Of a stretch of 64,000 nucleotides of DNA, positions 26,757-38,145 are shown one piece after another (within the stretch, counting starts at the first letter, position 1; every line of letters starts with the position of its first letter). Made by a program: the position numbers and the translations under genes. The notes beneath the pieces are model-generated. The model was not told where the DNA came from. It saw only the letters and a program-made list of their open reading frames with translations, and ran no database searches. The stretch comes from Phoronis australis (taxonomy: Eukaryota; Animalia; Phoronida), in NCBI GenBank assembly GCA_002633005.1, contig NMRA01000818.1:32485-96484 (forward strand), read 5' to 3'.

Positions 26757-26765
26757 ATAGATACT
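26746..26765 (-). other. 28S rDNA R2 target-site remnant (also 33795-33814, 35206-35225, 42156-42175, 49165-49184)
   Basis: AGTATCTATGACTCTCTTAA vs conserved 28S AGTAACTATGACTCTCTTAA(GG^TAGC), 19/20 identical. Confidence 0.85.
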
Positions 26766-28149
26766 ATTGCTCTCCGGTGACTACTCCTTCACATCATTCT
26801 AATGGGCAAGTCTTCCAACAGTATCTTTGGCATCAATGCTACAGAATATAGAGGCACCCTGAGTTTTCTCCATGGAAATGGGGGCTAAGACAGCCGTCTG
26901 TGCTTGGTTGTCTCTTCGTTAGGAAATGTTGGTTTCAACCTTTGGTCAAACAGCAAATGGACTTGTGCGCCATTTGTTATTACTTTTTGGTGTCTCTCTG
27001 GTGTGTGGACAATAGTACAGCCACACATCGACAGGTTCCTCATTGTTATGTTTCTTGGCATTATTCATGACAGTAAAGGTTTAGGTTAAGTTAACGTCTA
27101 AGGCTGGTCTGTCTCAAGCTTCATTGCCTGTTTAAGTTAATGATGTCGCGGAATGTAAAATAAATTGCATTATTTTTCCACCAAGACTAAATTCTTTTTT
27201 AATTTATTTTTTGAGAGATATTTGTGTCTTGACTGAGAAAATGTTACTCTTAAATTAATGACTTTCATCTCCATTTTCTTGAATCACGATACTATTCTTT
27301 CACCAAGAGCAAAATATTGCTTAATTTGTTTTTCATGGCATTTGTGACTCACGTGATTGAGAAAATGTCATGGCCAATTTTATAAACTGTCGCATGATCG
27401 TTTTAATACTACTGCAATGTGCAGCCATTGCCTGTTCACCGCATTTTTGTCTTGATGATTCATGTCCTCAAGGTCACCACTGAAAGTATGATGTACTTCT
27501 TGATATCAAAGAAAGAAGATCACATTTTGATCAATATTCTCTGGTCCCAAGTTTTGTGAATGTTGTCATAGATGGCTTTTCTGATGAAAAATTTCGTTAT
27601 TTGCTGTCTAAGTGGTGTTGAACCCATCTCCATGGAAACGGGTTAGCACTGCTCTCTTTAAGACATCAAAGTACTCAATTGTCCGTTTCTCTAGAGCATG
27701 CTTGGATTGTAGATGTTGGTCCATCCTCATAGGAACAGTGGTACAACTGGTAAAGCCTAATCGTCATAGTCTTCTTCGGTTATGCTTAGTGTTAATTGTT
27801 AGCTCAATCATGCTCTTCTCCTTTCAGATTTAGTCTTAGATGGCCTCTTTGGAATGTTGCACAAGAATGGATATGGCATTGTCTTGTTCCATCAGGCTTA
27901 GGTCTTGGTTTTTAGCTCGGTCTTCACGGTCTTGTTCCATCAGGCTTAGTGATAATTTTCAGCTAATTCATTATTGTCTTTTCCAGTCACAATTAGTCTT
28001 GCAGTTTCATAGTGCTATTGCCTCCGTGCTCTTCTCATGATTTACTGTAGGAAAAGGTGTTTGCCTTAAGAAAAAACAACAAAAGCTTCGGGAGGGAATC
28101 TCCAAGTAACTGCGTGTGTATGCCAGCCATGCAGAATGATGTTGGCCTA

Positions 28150-28447
28150 AAAGAATTGGGCAGGGGTTCCCACTTAGTCTGTCAAGATGGTCACATGTTG
28201 AGTGGGCTTAAGCCCTCGAAATGAATGCAAGTTGTTACCATGACGCCGAAGGCACTCAATAGGATTGCTCACCACAGTTCCTCTCCATGGATCGAATCTG
28301 CTCCCGAGATATTTCGCAGATTCACCCGGCACCACCCAAGGTATGTCCTCCCCATTCAGAACGAACGGGGCGCACGAATCGTCAATGAAGGAACGCGGAG
28401 TTGATTTCAAAATGAAGCCAACACTCTTCCGCACATTCAACTTCATT
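28150..28447 (-). mobile_element. Short R2 RT fragment in spacer (also about 36860-37152 and 43810-44105)
   Basis: MKLNVRKSVG..AKYLGSRFDPW..LKPTQ. Confidence 0.85.
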
Positions 28448-29468
28448 CAAAATTTAGTCGTAAGGACTACATAAATTGTGTTTGATAGTTTCGATGATAT
28501 ACATCTGTGTGTTTAGTTATACTGAGACGGCATAATGAGATTCAACAAGCTGAAAATCATGCATTTTGAACGACTGGTTTCCAAGCTAGAGGAGACAGGA
28601 TACTTAGTCCAGCGGCAGGTGATGGCTCGTTGACTGGAGGGTCTTCACTGTGTGGCTAAAATGAAAACACAATATATGCTAGCCATGTAATTACAGAGAA
28701 CCTCACAACTCGGTGAAGCACAAAATAGTGACCGTTGGACACTTGATTTTGCTTTTATAATTGTAGGCAAATTACTATAGCAACTAATCTTTCTTACTCA
28801 ATTAGGAGAAAGGGAGTGATGTAACGTAGAAGTTCTAATCTATCCACATTACCTGGCTGGACTCTTCAAAAGTGGTGTCCACTACTAGCAACCATTGGTC
28901 GGTGTCATAGCTGTCAATATGCGGCTGAAATGATTAAATGGTTTGCTAGTTATTAAATAGTGCGCTGGCAGGCTTGTCCAAATCATGTATTCTTAAACAC
29001 CATCCTGTTGTTAATGAATGCCCCTTGATTTTGGATATAGTGATCTTAGAGCGAAACTTTTTTTGCTGAAAGCAATGTCAAAAATCTTAAATGTGCAACT
29101 TACCACATTTGTCAAGTCCTTGTCCAAATACTCTGTATCTTCCTCTCTGAATTCATAGACATCCACGTCTGCATTCTAAAATACGTTCTCACTTTTCAGT
29201 TACTCTAGAGTGAAACATTGTTTATTGTAATACCAAATGGAAATCTTAATATCCAGGTTTGGCCGTCATGTTTCCTCGATTATGTTACCTAAATTTGAAA
29301 CAGATTTGGCCCGTTCAACTTGATGATCACAAAGTTAAGAAACCAATTGAACTGCACTCATTTAAACAGCCAATTGGACTGCACTCGTTTATTAAACCAG
29401 TTGACGAAGATTTTCTTACTCTCCCCTCTTTCCTGTGCTTTGTGGGATAAGGAGCCCCCCATCGCTAG

Positions 29469-29777
29469 TTCTTCTCTGTTTCAGTTCTAAAAATAAAAAA
29501 CAAAATGCATAGCAAACCTCACAGATACAGACAAAATGCAAATTCGAAAATACCAAATACGAAAACACCATGAAAAATACCTCAATACTGCCGCTCCCTG
29601 GCTCTCCTCACTGACGCCAAATATGCACTGCCACAATGTAAGTAAATCGAGTCGGCGCACAACACTTATACTGAAATGAGGGTCAGGTCATATGCAAATT
29701 ACATTCAGTCCCATTCAGTCATGAATATACACGTGACCATGAGCCACCTGGAGCAAACAAACGTGAAGAATCTTACA
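29469..29777. mobile_element. 309-bp insertion in R2 3' end, probable solo LTR
   Basis: GCTAG duplicated at 29464-29468 and 29778-29782; absent from the other copies; right end ...TTACA. Confidence 0.55.
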
Positions 29778-32700
29778 GCTAGGTTGCACCAATACGGAAC
29801 TTCAGCTCTAGGCATCTCTAGGTTTTGAAAAAGAGTGTCATTGTCTTCAAACCATGCTCCTCTGGCTTCAATCACCACTGGATATATCGCTACAGAGTCA
29901 ACTCCCAGTCTCTCTTGCAGTATGGGCTGGAGTACAGTGTACTTCTCAACCTTCTTTCTGTAGGCAGATCGAAGGGATTCATACGAATCATCTCACACAA
30001 TGGTTGGATCTATAACAAGAGCGTGGCGTTGGTGGTTAACGACCACAATGTCTGGTACTAGCGTTGACTCCTGTCCATTGTCCTTCAGAACTGTGATGTG
30101 GGGTTCCACCTGGTAACGCATCCCCTTAGATTTGAGGAATTGCACCACCCTCCATGCAATTCTGTTGTGCCGAGCTATTCTATTGGCTTTCACAGAGTGA
30201 CACGCCCCAAGAATATGACCCAGTGTCTCAAGTGTCCTATGACAGCGTCAGCACCGGGAATCCCGGTTCGGTCGGCCTCTGTTAATCGCCTCGCGTGTCA
30301 GATACGTGTTAGTTCTCATTCTCAACGCACCGATAACTTCACCTTCACTGAAAAACGAATAGCCGCAAAGCCATTTGTTACTCTCCGGGCCGAAGAGGTC
30401 GGCCCCCATACCCTGACAGCCCAATGCTGTCCACTTCTTCTGTTCAGATGATTGCCTGTTCTTACCAAGCCTGTCATCGCCATCAGCATATTTACCTTCA
30501 AGATGCTTCACCTTCTCGGAAAGCTTAGTCCGAAGACAAACGGCCATTGATAACGGATCAGTTTCTTTCAGGAGCGCACGGTATCTTCCGAGGAGCAAGA
30601 GAGGGACCTGTTAGCGGAAGCACAGTAAGCCGAGCCCTCCTTTCTTTGAAACATAGAAGAAGGAATTGTTGATGCTATCGCTCAACTTTAGCCATGTTCT
30701 AACCCAGAACCGTACCTCTTTGTCTAGCTCATTGAGGACACCACCGCAGTATGACCCATGCGAAGTTGATGAAATAACTTAGGACAGACATAGTCTGTCT
30801 AGATGGTCACACGTTGAGTCGGCTTAAGTCCTCGAAATGAATGTAAGTTGTTACCATGACGCCAAAGGCGCTCAGGGGCATTGCTCACCACAGTTCCTCT
30901 CCAAGTATCAAATCTGCTCCCGAGATATTTCGCAGATTCACCCGGCACCACCCAAGGTATGTCGTCCCATTCAGAATGAACAGGGCGCACGAATTGACAA
31001 TGAAGGAACGTGCATTTCTTTTCAAATTGAAGCCATCGGTCTTCCGCACATTTAACTTCATGCCTGTGTCTGCGCAGAACCGCTCAACGATCTTTAAATT
31101 CTGCTGCATACCTTTTCGATCATGGGAGATGACACCAGTATCGTCTGCATATGCTAAGGCGGCGACAGTGTGGCTGTTTGCAGAATACCCTTGCCCTTCT
31201 TTTTCCAAAGTACAGATCAGGGGATCCATACAGAGGAGAAAGAGTACCGGTGAAAGCGGATCACCTTGTTTAACACCACGCTCCATGGGGATGATGTCGG
31301 TTTTCCCCTTTTGTAAACTGAAATATGTCCCACTATTGTGGTACATATCAGCTACAATTTTTATAAAGTGCGGGTGCACTTTAAGGTGTTCGAGGGCACT
31401 GATGAGATGTGCACGCTCGACAGTGTCCAACGCTTTCGCCAAATCCAAGAAGCCATACAAATTTCCCCACCGTCAGACTTGACCAGGCGCAGGAGCTGTT
31501 CAACCAAGGAAGTGTTTATGGCACAACCCGGTTTACGTATAAAGCCCTTTTGCCGGTCGCAAAGTGGCACCGCACCCAGAAGTCTTCAAGCAAGAATCTT
31601 CGTGTATAGTCTCAATACAATACTCGATATCGTCAGCGGCCTCCAGTTGCCAATGTCATCCAGGTTCTCGGTACCCTTAGGAAGAAGTATCGATCGCCCA
31701 GATTTCAAAGACTCCGGGATAACACCGCTAACGAACCAAGCATTAAGTATCGAAACCAGTAGTCCTTTCTTGGCAGCCAAGGCCCTCAGGTCGGACGCTT
31801 TGATTTTATCAGGTCCCGGCGCGGTAGACGTCCGGAATCCCATAATGGCCCGAGAGATCTCACGCTCGGTAATGGGAGACATCAATTGCCCATTATCCGC
31901 ATACCCCATGGGGGGAGCGAAATTACTGAGGTCGACTTCTTTAACAGCGTCAGAGCTACCAAAACGCATTTTGTATGTGTCATACACTAACGTTGGGTCC
32001 AGCGGACAACGACAGTCCCCTTTACCATCAAGGATCTGTCCAGCTAAGGCCTTGCGGTTCGTATCAAAGAGAGTCTGAACTTTCCGGAAAGAAGCGGCCT
32101 TTCCTTTCACTCCAGCCCCCTTTCGCCAGTTTCCAAAGCTCGGTTGTGTTGGTTGCCTCGACGTTACTGCTGATGCCAACACGGTGGCATGATCGGCTGC
32201 AGTAACTACGTCAGTGAAGCACTTGCAAAAGGTTTCGTATGCGGCAGCCGTAGGTTCCGAATCATGAAGATCTTCGCCCAAAGCTACACACAAGTCCCGG
32301 ATGTTGTCCCTCCAAGCGGCCTCGGAGTTGTCGGGGGGTAACTCAACGTGCAAGATGTCGGGTGTCCTTTCCTTGACTGTTGGCTCCTTGTCACTTATCA
32401 CGCCTCTCCTTTTCAGATCGGAGATCTTACTAGAGAGCTGCGTAGATGTTTTTCCTGGCAAGAGGCCCTGCGCCACAAGAGCTTGACACCAATGTTTCTT
32501 GCCTTCTCGCATTGCACGCGAATAGAAGTCCGATAGAATATTGACCTCTTCAACTGACCAGACTGACTTCCTAGCAGCGCCCCCTTTCTGAAGACGAACC
32601 AGCGTACGCTCGGTTCGCTTCCTCTCCACATCAGCCCTTGCTCTAGCTATTCTCCCCTCGTTACGGAGAACAGGGTGCCTGTGCCGTTCGTGTTGGCTAA

Positions 32701-33643
32701 GGCCAGTCCTAGAAGGTCAAGAGAAGGGGCATGCGGAGCACTTGAATCGCCCTGGAATTGCTAGATTGTCAATCGGTCCTTTGCACTTCGCGTAATGGTG
32801 GGCAATGGAGAGACAAGGATAGTCAATTTGGCATTTGCCGCATTTGAGACGATACTCGGTGTTGCAATGGCGTATCCTCAAATGTTTGTGGAGTGGCATG
32901 GGTCTTAAGAAAAACTCTAAGCACTGAGGGCAATCGAATCTGTTGGCAGGATACATGGCTGTACTGCCGCCAGAAACCACCTGATTACCCACAGGGTCCT
33001 CGACAAGATCCACATCCTCCCCTTCGATAAGGGGCACCACGTTGAGGGGGCCCTCATCGGGTGTGTCTTGGACTCCTCCAGCCAAATGACAGGAATCGGT
33101 GACGCGCTCTGCTGATACTTCGGGTACACTTGATGTAGAGGGTACCACACTTGTGTCATGCGTAGCTCGCACTTGAGAGGCCCCAGATGGGCTGGACCTC
33201 TCATCGGTAGTTCGAAATAGAGAGTTTGAACCTCTGGCACCAACTGTACTCTCATCAACAGTTAGTGTTGCACCGCATGTAATATTACCACAGTCCCCAT
33301 GGGAAGGACATGTGGTTGCTGACGACCGTGCATTTTGACGGCTTACGCCAGTTCCGAAACCGGAGTGCTCAGCTGCACACTCCCACGGGTTCGCCGGTTC
33401 AGGTTGAGGTGCCTGAACATAGCCAGAGAGTTCTCGGCTATTCTCCCTCGCCCCACGTTGAGACGGCCCCCGATTTGTAACAAGGGTCGCCAGGCGCCTG
33501 GGTTCCCCATTGATCAATTCTTTATCGGATTCCTCCATGATATACAGGTTATAGGTTTAGTTAACGTCTAAACCTTAGGAAAGACGGCCCCTTGCCTAGG
33601 ACATTCCGTTATTGGAGATGCCGTCGACAAGCAGCGTTGTGCC

Positions 33644-33805
33644 TTGGCTCCTTAGCAAAGTATCACATTCACTATACTCCTGATTGCCAAATCATTATCT
33701 AGAACCATCTGTCTACAGTAAATAGATCTAAGGACATACAATACAAGTGTCACCTTTCCAACTCTGGACACAAGGAGGCGACCAAATACCACCATTAAGA
33801 GAGTC
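33644..33805 (-). ncRNA. HDV-like ribozyme (copy 2; near-identical copy at about 35054-35216)
   Basis: Same core, alternative P4 sequence; P3' mutated to GTC. Confidence 0.65.
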
Positions 33806-34798
33806 ATAGATACTATTGCTCTCCGGTGACTACTCCTTCACATCATTCTCATGGGCAAGTCTGCCAACAGTATCTTTGGCGTCAATGCTACAGAATATAG
33901 AGGCACCCTGAGTTTTCTCCATGGAAATGGGGGCTAAGACAGCTGTCTGTGCTTGGTTGTCTCTTCGTTAACAAATGTTGGTTTCAAACATTGGTCAAAC
34001 AGCAAATGGACTTATGTGCCATTTGTTATTACTTTTTGGTGTTTCTCTGGTATATCGACAATAGTACAGCCACACATTGACAGGTTCCCCTTTGTTCTGG
34101 TTCCTGGCATTATTCATTACAGTAAAGGTTTAGGTTAAGTTAACGTCAAAGACTGGACTGTCCCAAACTTCATCACCTGTTTAAGTTAATGATGTCACCG
34201 AATGTAAAATAAATTGAATTATTTTTTCACCAAGACTAAATTATTTAATTTATTGTTTGAGATATATTTGTGACTTGACTGAGAAAATGTTACTCTCAAA
34301 TTAATGATTTGCGTCTTTCCATTTTCTTGCATCACGATACTATTTTTTCACCAAGAGCAAAATATTGCTTAATTTGTTTTTTATGGCATTTGTGACTTAA
34401 GTGATTGAGAAAATGTCATGGCCAATTTTATAAACTGTCGCATGATCGTTTTAATACCGCTGTAATGTGCAGCCAATGGCTGTTCACCGCATTTTTGTAC
34501 TGATGACTCATGTCCTCAATGTCACCACTGAAAGTAATGATGTACTTCTTGATATCAAAGAAAGAAGATCACATTTTGATCAATGTTCTCTGGTCTCAAA
34601 TTTTGTGAATGTTGTCATAGATGACTTTTCTGATATAAAATTTCGTTATTTGCTGTCTATGTGGTGTTGAACCCATCTCCATGGAAACTGGTTAGCACTG
34701 CTCTCTTTAAGACATCAAATTACTCAATTATCCGTTTCTCTAGAGGATGCTTGGATTGTAGATGTTGGTCCATCCTCATAGGAACAGTGGTACAACTN

Positions 34799-35225
34799 GG
34801 TTCGCCGGTTCAGGTTGAGGTGCCTGAACATAGCCAGGGAGTTCTCGGCTATTCTCCCTCGCCCCACGTTGAGAAGGCCCCCGATTTGTAACAAGGGTCG
34901 CCAGGCGCTTGGGTTCCCCATTGTTCAACTCTTTATCATATTCCTCCATGATGTACAGGTTACAGGTTTAGTTAACGTCTAAACCTTAGGAAAGACAACC
35001 CCTTGCCTAGGACATTCCGTTATTGGAGATGCCGTCGACAAGCAGCGTTGTGCCGTGGCTCCTTAGCAAAGTATCACATCCACTATACCCCTGATTGCCA
35101 AATCATTATCTAGAACCATCTGTCTACAGTAAGTAGATCTAAGGACATACAATACAAGTGTCACCTTTCCAACTCTGGACACAAGGAGGCGACCAAATAC
35201 CACCATTAAGAGAGTCATAGATACT
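34799..35225 (-). mobile_element. R2 5' end fragment after the assembly gap
   Basis: Duplicates 33390-33814 with substitutions. Confidence 0.85.
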
Positions 35226-38045
35226 ATTGCTCTCCAGTGACTACTCCTTCACATCATTCTCGTGGGCAAGTCTTCCAACAGTATCTTTGGCATCAATGCT
35301 ACAGAATAAAGAGGCACCCTGAGTTTTCTGCATGGAAATGGGGGCTAAGACAGCTGTCTGTTCTTGGTTGTCTCTTCATTAACAAATGTTGGTTTCAAAC
35401 ATTGGTCAAACAGCAAATGGACTTATGTGCCATTTGTTATTACTTTTTGGTGTCTCTCTGGTATATCGACAATAGTACAGCCACACATTGACAGGTTCCC
35501 CTTTGTTCTGGTTCCTGGCATTATTCATTACAGTAAAGGTTTAGGTTAAGTTAACGTCAAAGACTGGACTGTCCCAAACTTCATCACCTGTTTAAGTTAA
35601 TGATGTCACCGAATGTAAAATAAATTGAATTATTTTTTCACCAACACTAAATTATTTAATTTATTGTTTGAGATATATTTGTGACTTGACTGAGAAAATG
35701 TTACTCTCAAATTAATGATTTGCGTCTTTCCATTTTCTTGCATCACGATACTATTTTTTCACCAAGAGCAAAATATTGCTTAATTTGTTTTTGACGGCGT
35801 TTGTGACTTACGTGATTGAGAAAATGTCATGGCCAATTTTATAAACTGTCGCATGATCGTTTAAATACCGCTGTAATGTGCAGCCAATGGCTAATCACCG
35901 CATTTTTGTCCTGATGACTCATGTCCTCAAAGTCACCACTGAAAGTAATGATGTACTTCTTGATATTAAAGAAAGAAGATCACATTTTGATCAATGTTCT
36001 CTGATCTCAAATTTTGTGAATGTTGTCTTAGATGACTTTTCTGATGTAAAATTTCGTTATTTGCTGTCTATGTGGTGTTGAACCCATCTCCATGGAAACT
36101 GGTTAGCACTGCTCTCTTTAAGACATCAAAGTACTCAATTATCCGTTTCTCTAGAGGATGCTTGGATTGTAGATGTTGGTCCATCCTCATAGGAACAGTG
36201 GTACAACTGGTAAAACCTAATCGTCATAGTCTTCTTCGATCAGGCTTAGTGTTAATTGTTAGCTCAATCATGCTCTTCTCCGTTCAGGCTTAGTCTTAAG
36301 ATGGCCTCTTTGGAATGTTGCACAAGAATGGATATGGCATTGTCTTGTTCCATCAGGGTTAGGTCTTGGTTTTTAGCTCGGTCTTCACGGTCTTGTTCCA
36401 TCAGGCTTAGTGATAATTTTCAGCTCATTCATTACTGTCTTCCCCAGCCACAATTAGTCTTGCAGTTTCATAGTGCTTAGTGTTAATTGTTAGCTCAATC
36501 ATGCTGTTCTCTGTTCAGACTTAGTCTTAAGATGTCCTCTTTGGAATGTTGCACATTCCAAGAATGGATATGGCATTGTCTTCTTCGATCAGGCTTAGGT
36601 CTTGCTTTTTAGCTCTGTCTTCATGGTCTTGTTCCATCGGGCTTAGTGATAACTTTCAGCTCATTCATTATTGTCCTCTCCAGCCACAATTAGTCTTGCA
36701 ATTTCATAGTGCTATTGCTCTTCGGTGCTCTTGTCATGATTTACTGTAAGAAAAGGTGTTTGCCTTCAGAAAAACAACAAAAGCTTGGTGAAGGAGTTCA
36801 CATTTCTCCAAGTAACTGCGGGTGTATGCCAGCCACGCAGTATGATGTTGGCCTAAAAGAATTGGGCAGAGGTTCCCACATAGTCTGTCAAGATGGTCAC
36901 ACGTTGAGTCGACTTAAGTCCTCGAATTGAATGCAAGTTATTACTATGACGCCGAAGGCGCTCAGTGGGATTGCTCACCATAGTTCCTCTCCATGGATCG
37001 AATCTGCTCCTGGGATTTTTAGCAGATTCACCCGGCGCCACCCAAGGTATGTCCTCCCCATTCAGAACGAACGGGGCGCACAAATTGCCATAGAAGGAAC
37101 GTGGAGTTGATTTCAAATTGAAGCCAACGCTCTTCCGCACATTCAACTTCATTCAAAATTTAGTCGTAAGGACTACATAAATTGTGTTTGATAATTTCGA
37201 TGATACATCTGTGTGCTTAGTTACACTGAGATGGCATAATGAGATTCAACAAGTTGAAAATCATACATTTTGAACGACTGGTCTCCAAGCCAGAGGAGAC
37301 AGGATACTTGGTCCAGCGGCAGGTGATTGCTCGTTGACTGGAGTTTCTTCACTCTGTGGCTAAAATGAAAACACAATTTCTGTTAGCCATTTCATTTAAG
37401 AGAACCTCACAACTCAATAAATGCACAAAATAGTGACCGTTGGACACTTGATTTTGCTCTTTTAATTGTAGGCAAATTAGTATAGCAACTAATGTTTCTT
37501 ACTGAATTAGGAGAAAAGAAGTGAAGTAACATAGGAGTTCCTAATCTATCCACAGAACCTGGCTGATCTCTTCAGGCGGCTCAAAACTGGTGTCCACTCC
37601 CAGCATTATCATAGCTGTCAATATGTGGCTGAAATGATTAAATGGTTTGCTAGTTATTAAATAGTGCGGTGGCAGGCTTGTCCAAATCATGTATTCCTAA
37701 ACACCATCCTGTTGTTAATGAATGCCCCTTGATTTTGGATATAGTAATCTCAGAGCGAAACTTTTCTGACAGCAATGTCAAAAATCTTTAAAAATGTGCA
37801 ACTTACCACAGTTGTCAAGTCCTTGTCCAAATACTCTGTATCTTCCTCTCTGAATTCATAGACATCCACGTCTGCCTTCTAAAATACGTTCTCACTTTTC
37901 AGTTACTCTAGAGTGAAACATTGTTTATTGTAATACCAAATGGAAATCTTAATATCCAGGTTTGGCCGTCATGTTTCCTCGATTATGTTACCTAAATTTG
38001 AAACAGATTTGGCCCGTTCAACTTGATGATCACAAAGTTAAGAAA

Positions 38046-38132
38046 CCAATTGAACTGCACTCATTTAAACAGCCAATTGGACTGCACTCATTTAATCAGC
38101 CAATTGGACTGCACTCATTTATTAAACCAATT
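38046..38132. repeat. 27-bp tandem repeat beside the R2 3' junction (also 29343-29403, 44994-45082)
   Basis: CCAATTG(A/G)ACTGCACTCATTTAA(A/T)CAG, 2-3 copies. Confidence 0.85.
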
Positions 38133-38145
38133 GACAAAGAATTTC

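Larger units (their letters stand above)
25536..26765 (-). mobile_element. R2 5' fragment (28S remnant, ribozyme, 5' UTR, zinc-finger region)
   Basis: ATG at 26488; CPQC..HKHLRIRH; TGT (Cys) where later copies have TGA. Confidence 0.9.
29448..33814 (-). mobile_element. Near full-length R2A copy, frameshifted and 3' truncated
   Basis: ORF pieces 32717-33538, 31586-32629, 30885-31460, 30248-30598, 29993-30193; ribozyme at 33644-33805. Confidence 0.92.

Noticed and set aside
26746-26765. 28S rRNA gene
   Set aside because: Only 20 nt match; no further rRNA sequence recognised on either side
34799-36220. Extra short array unit
   Set aside because: Starts at an N and re-reads 33390-34797, so it may be an assembly overlap or haplotype; not counted as a full unit
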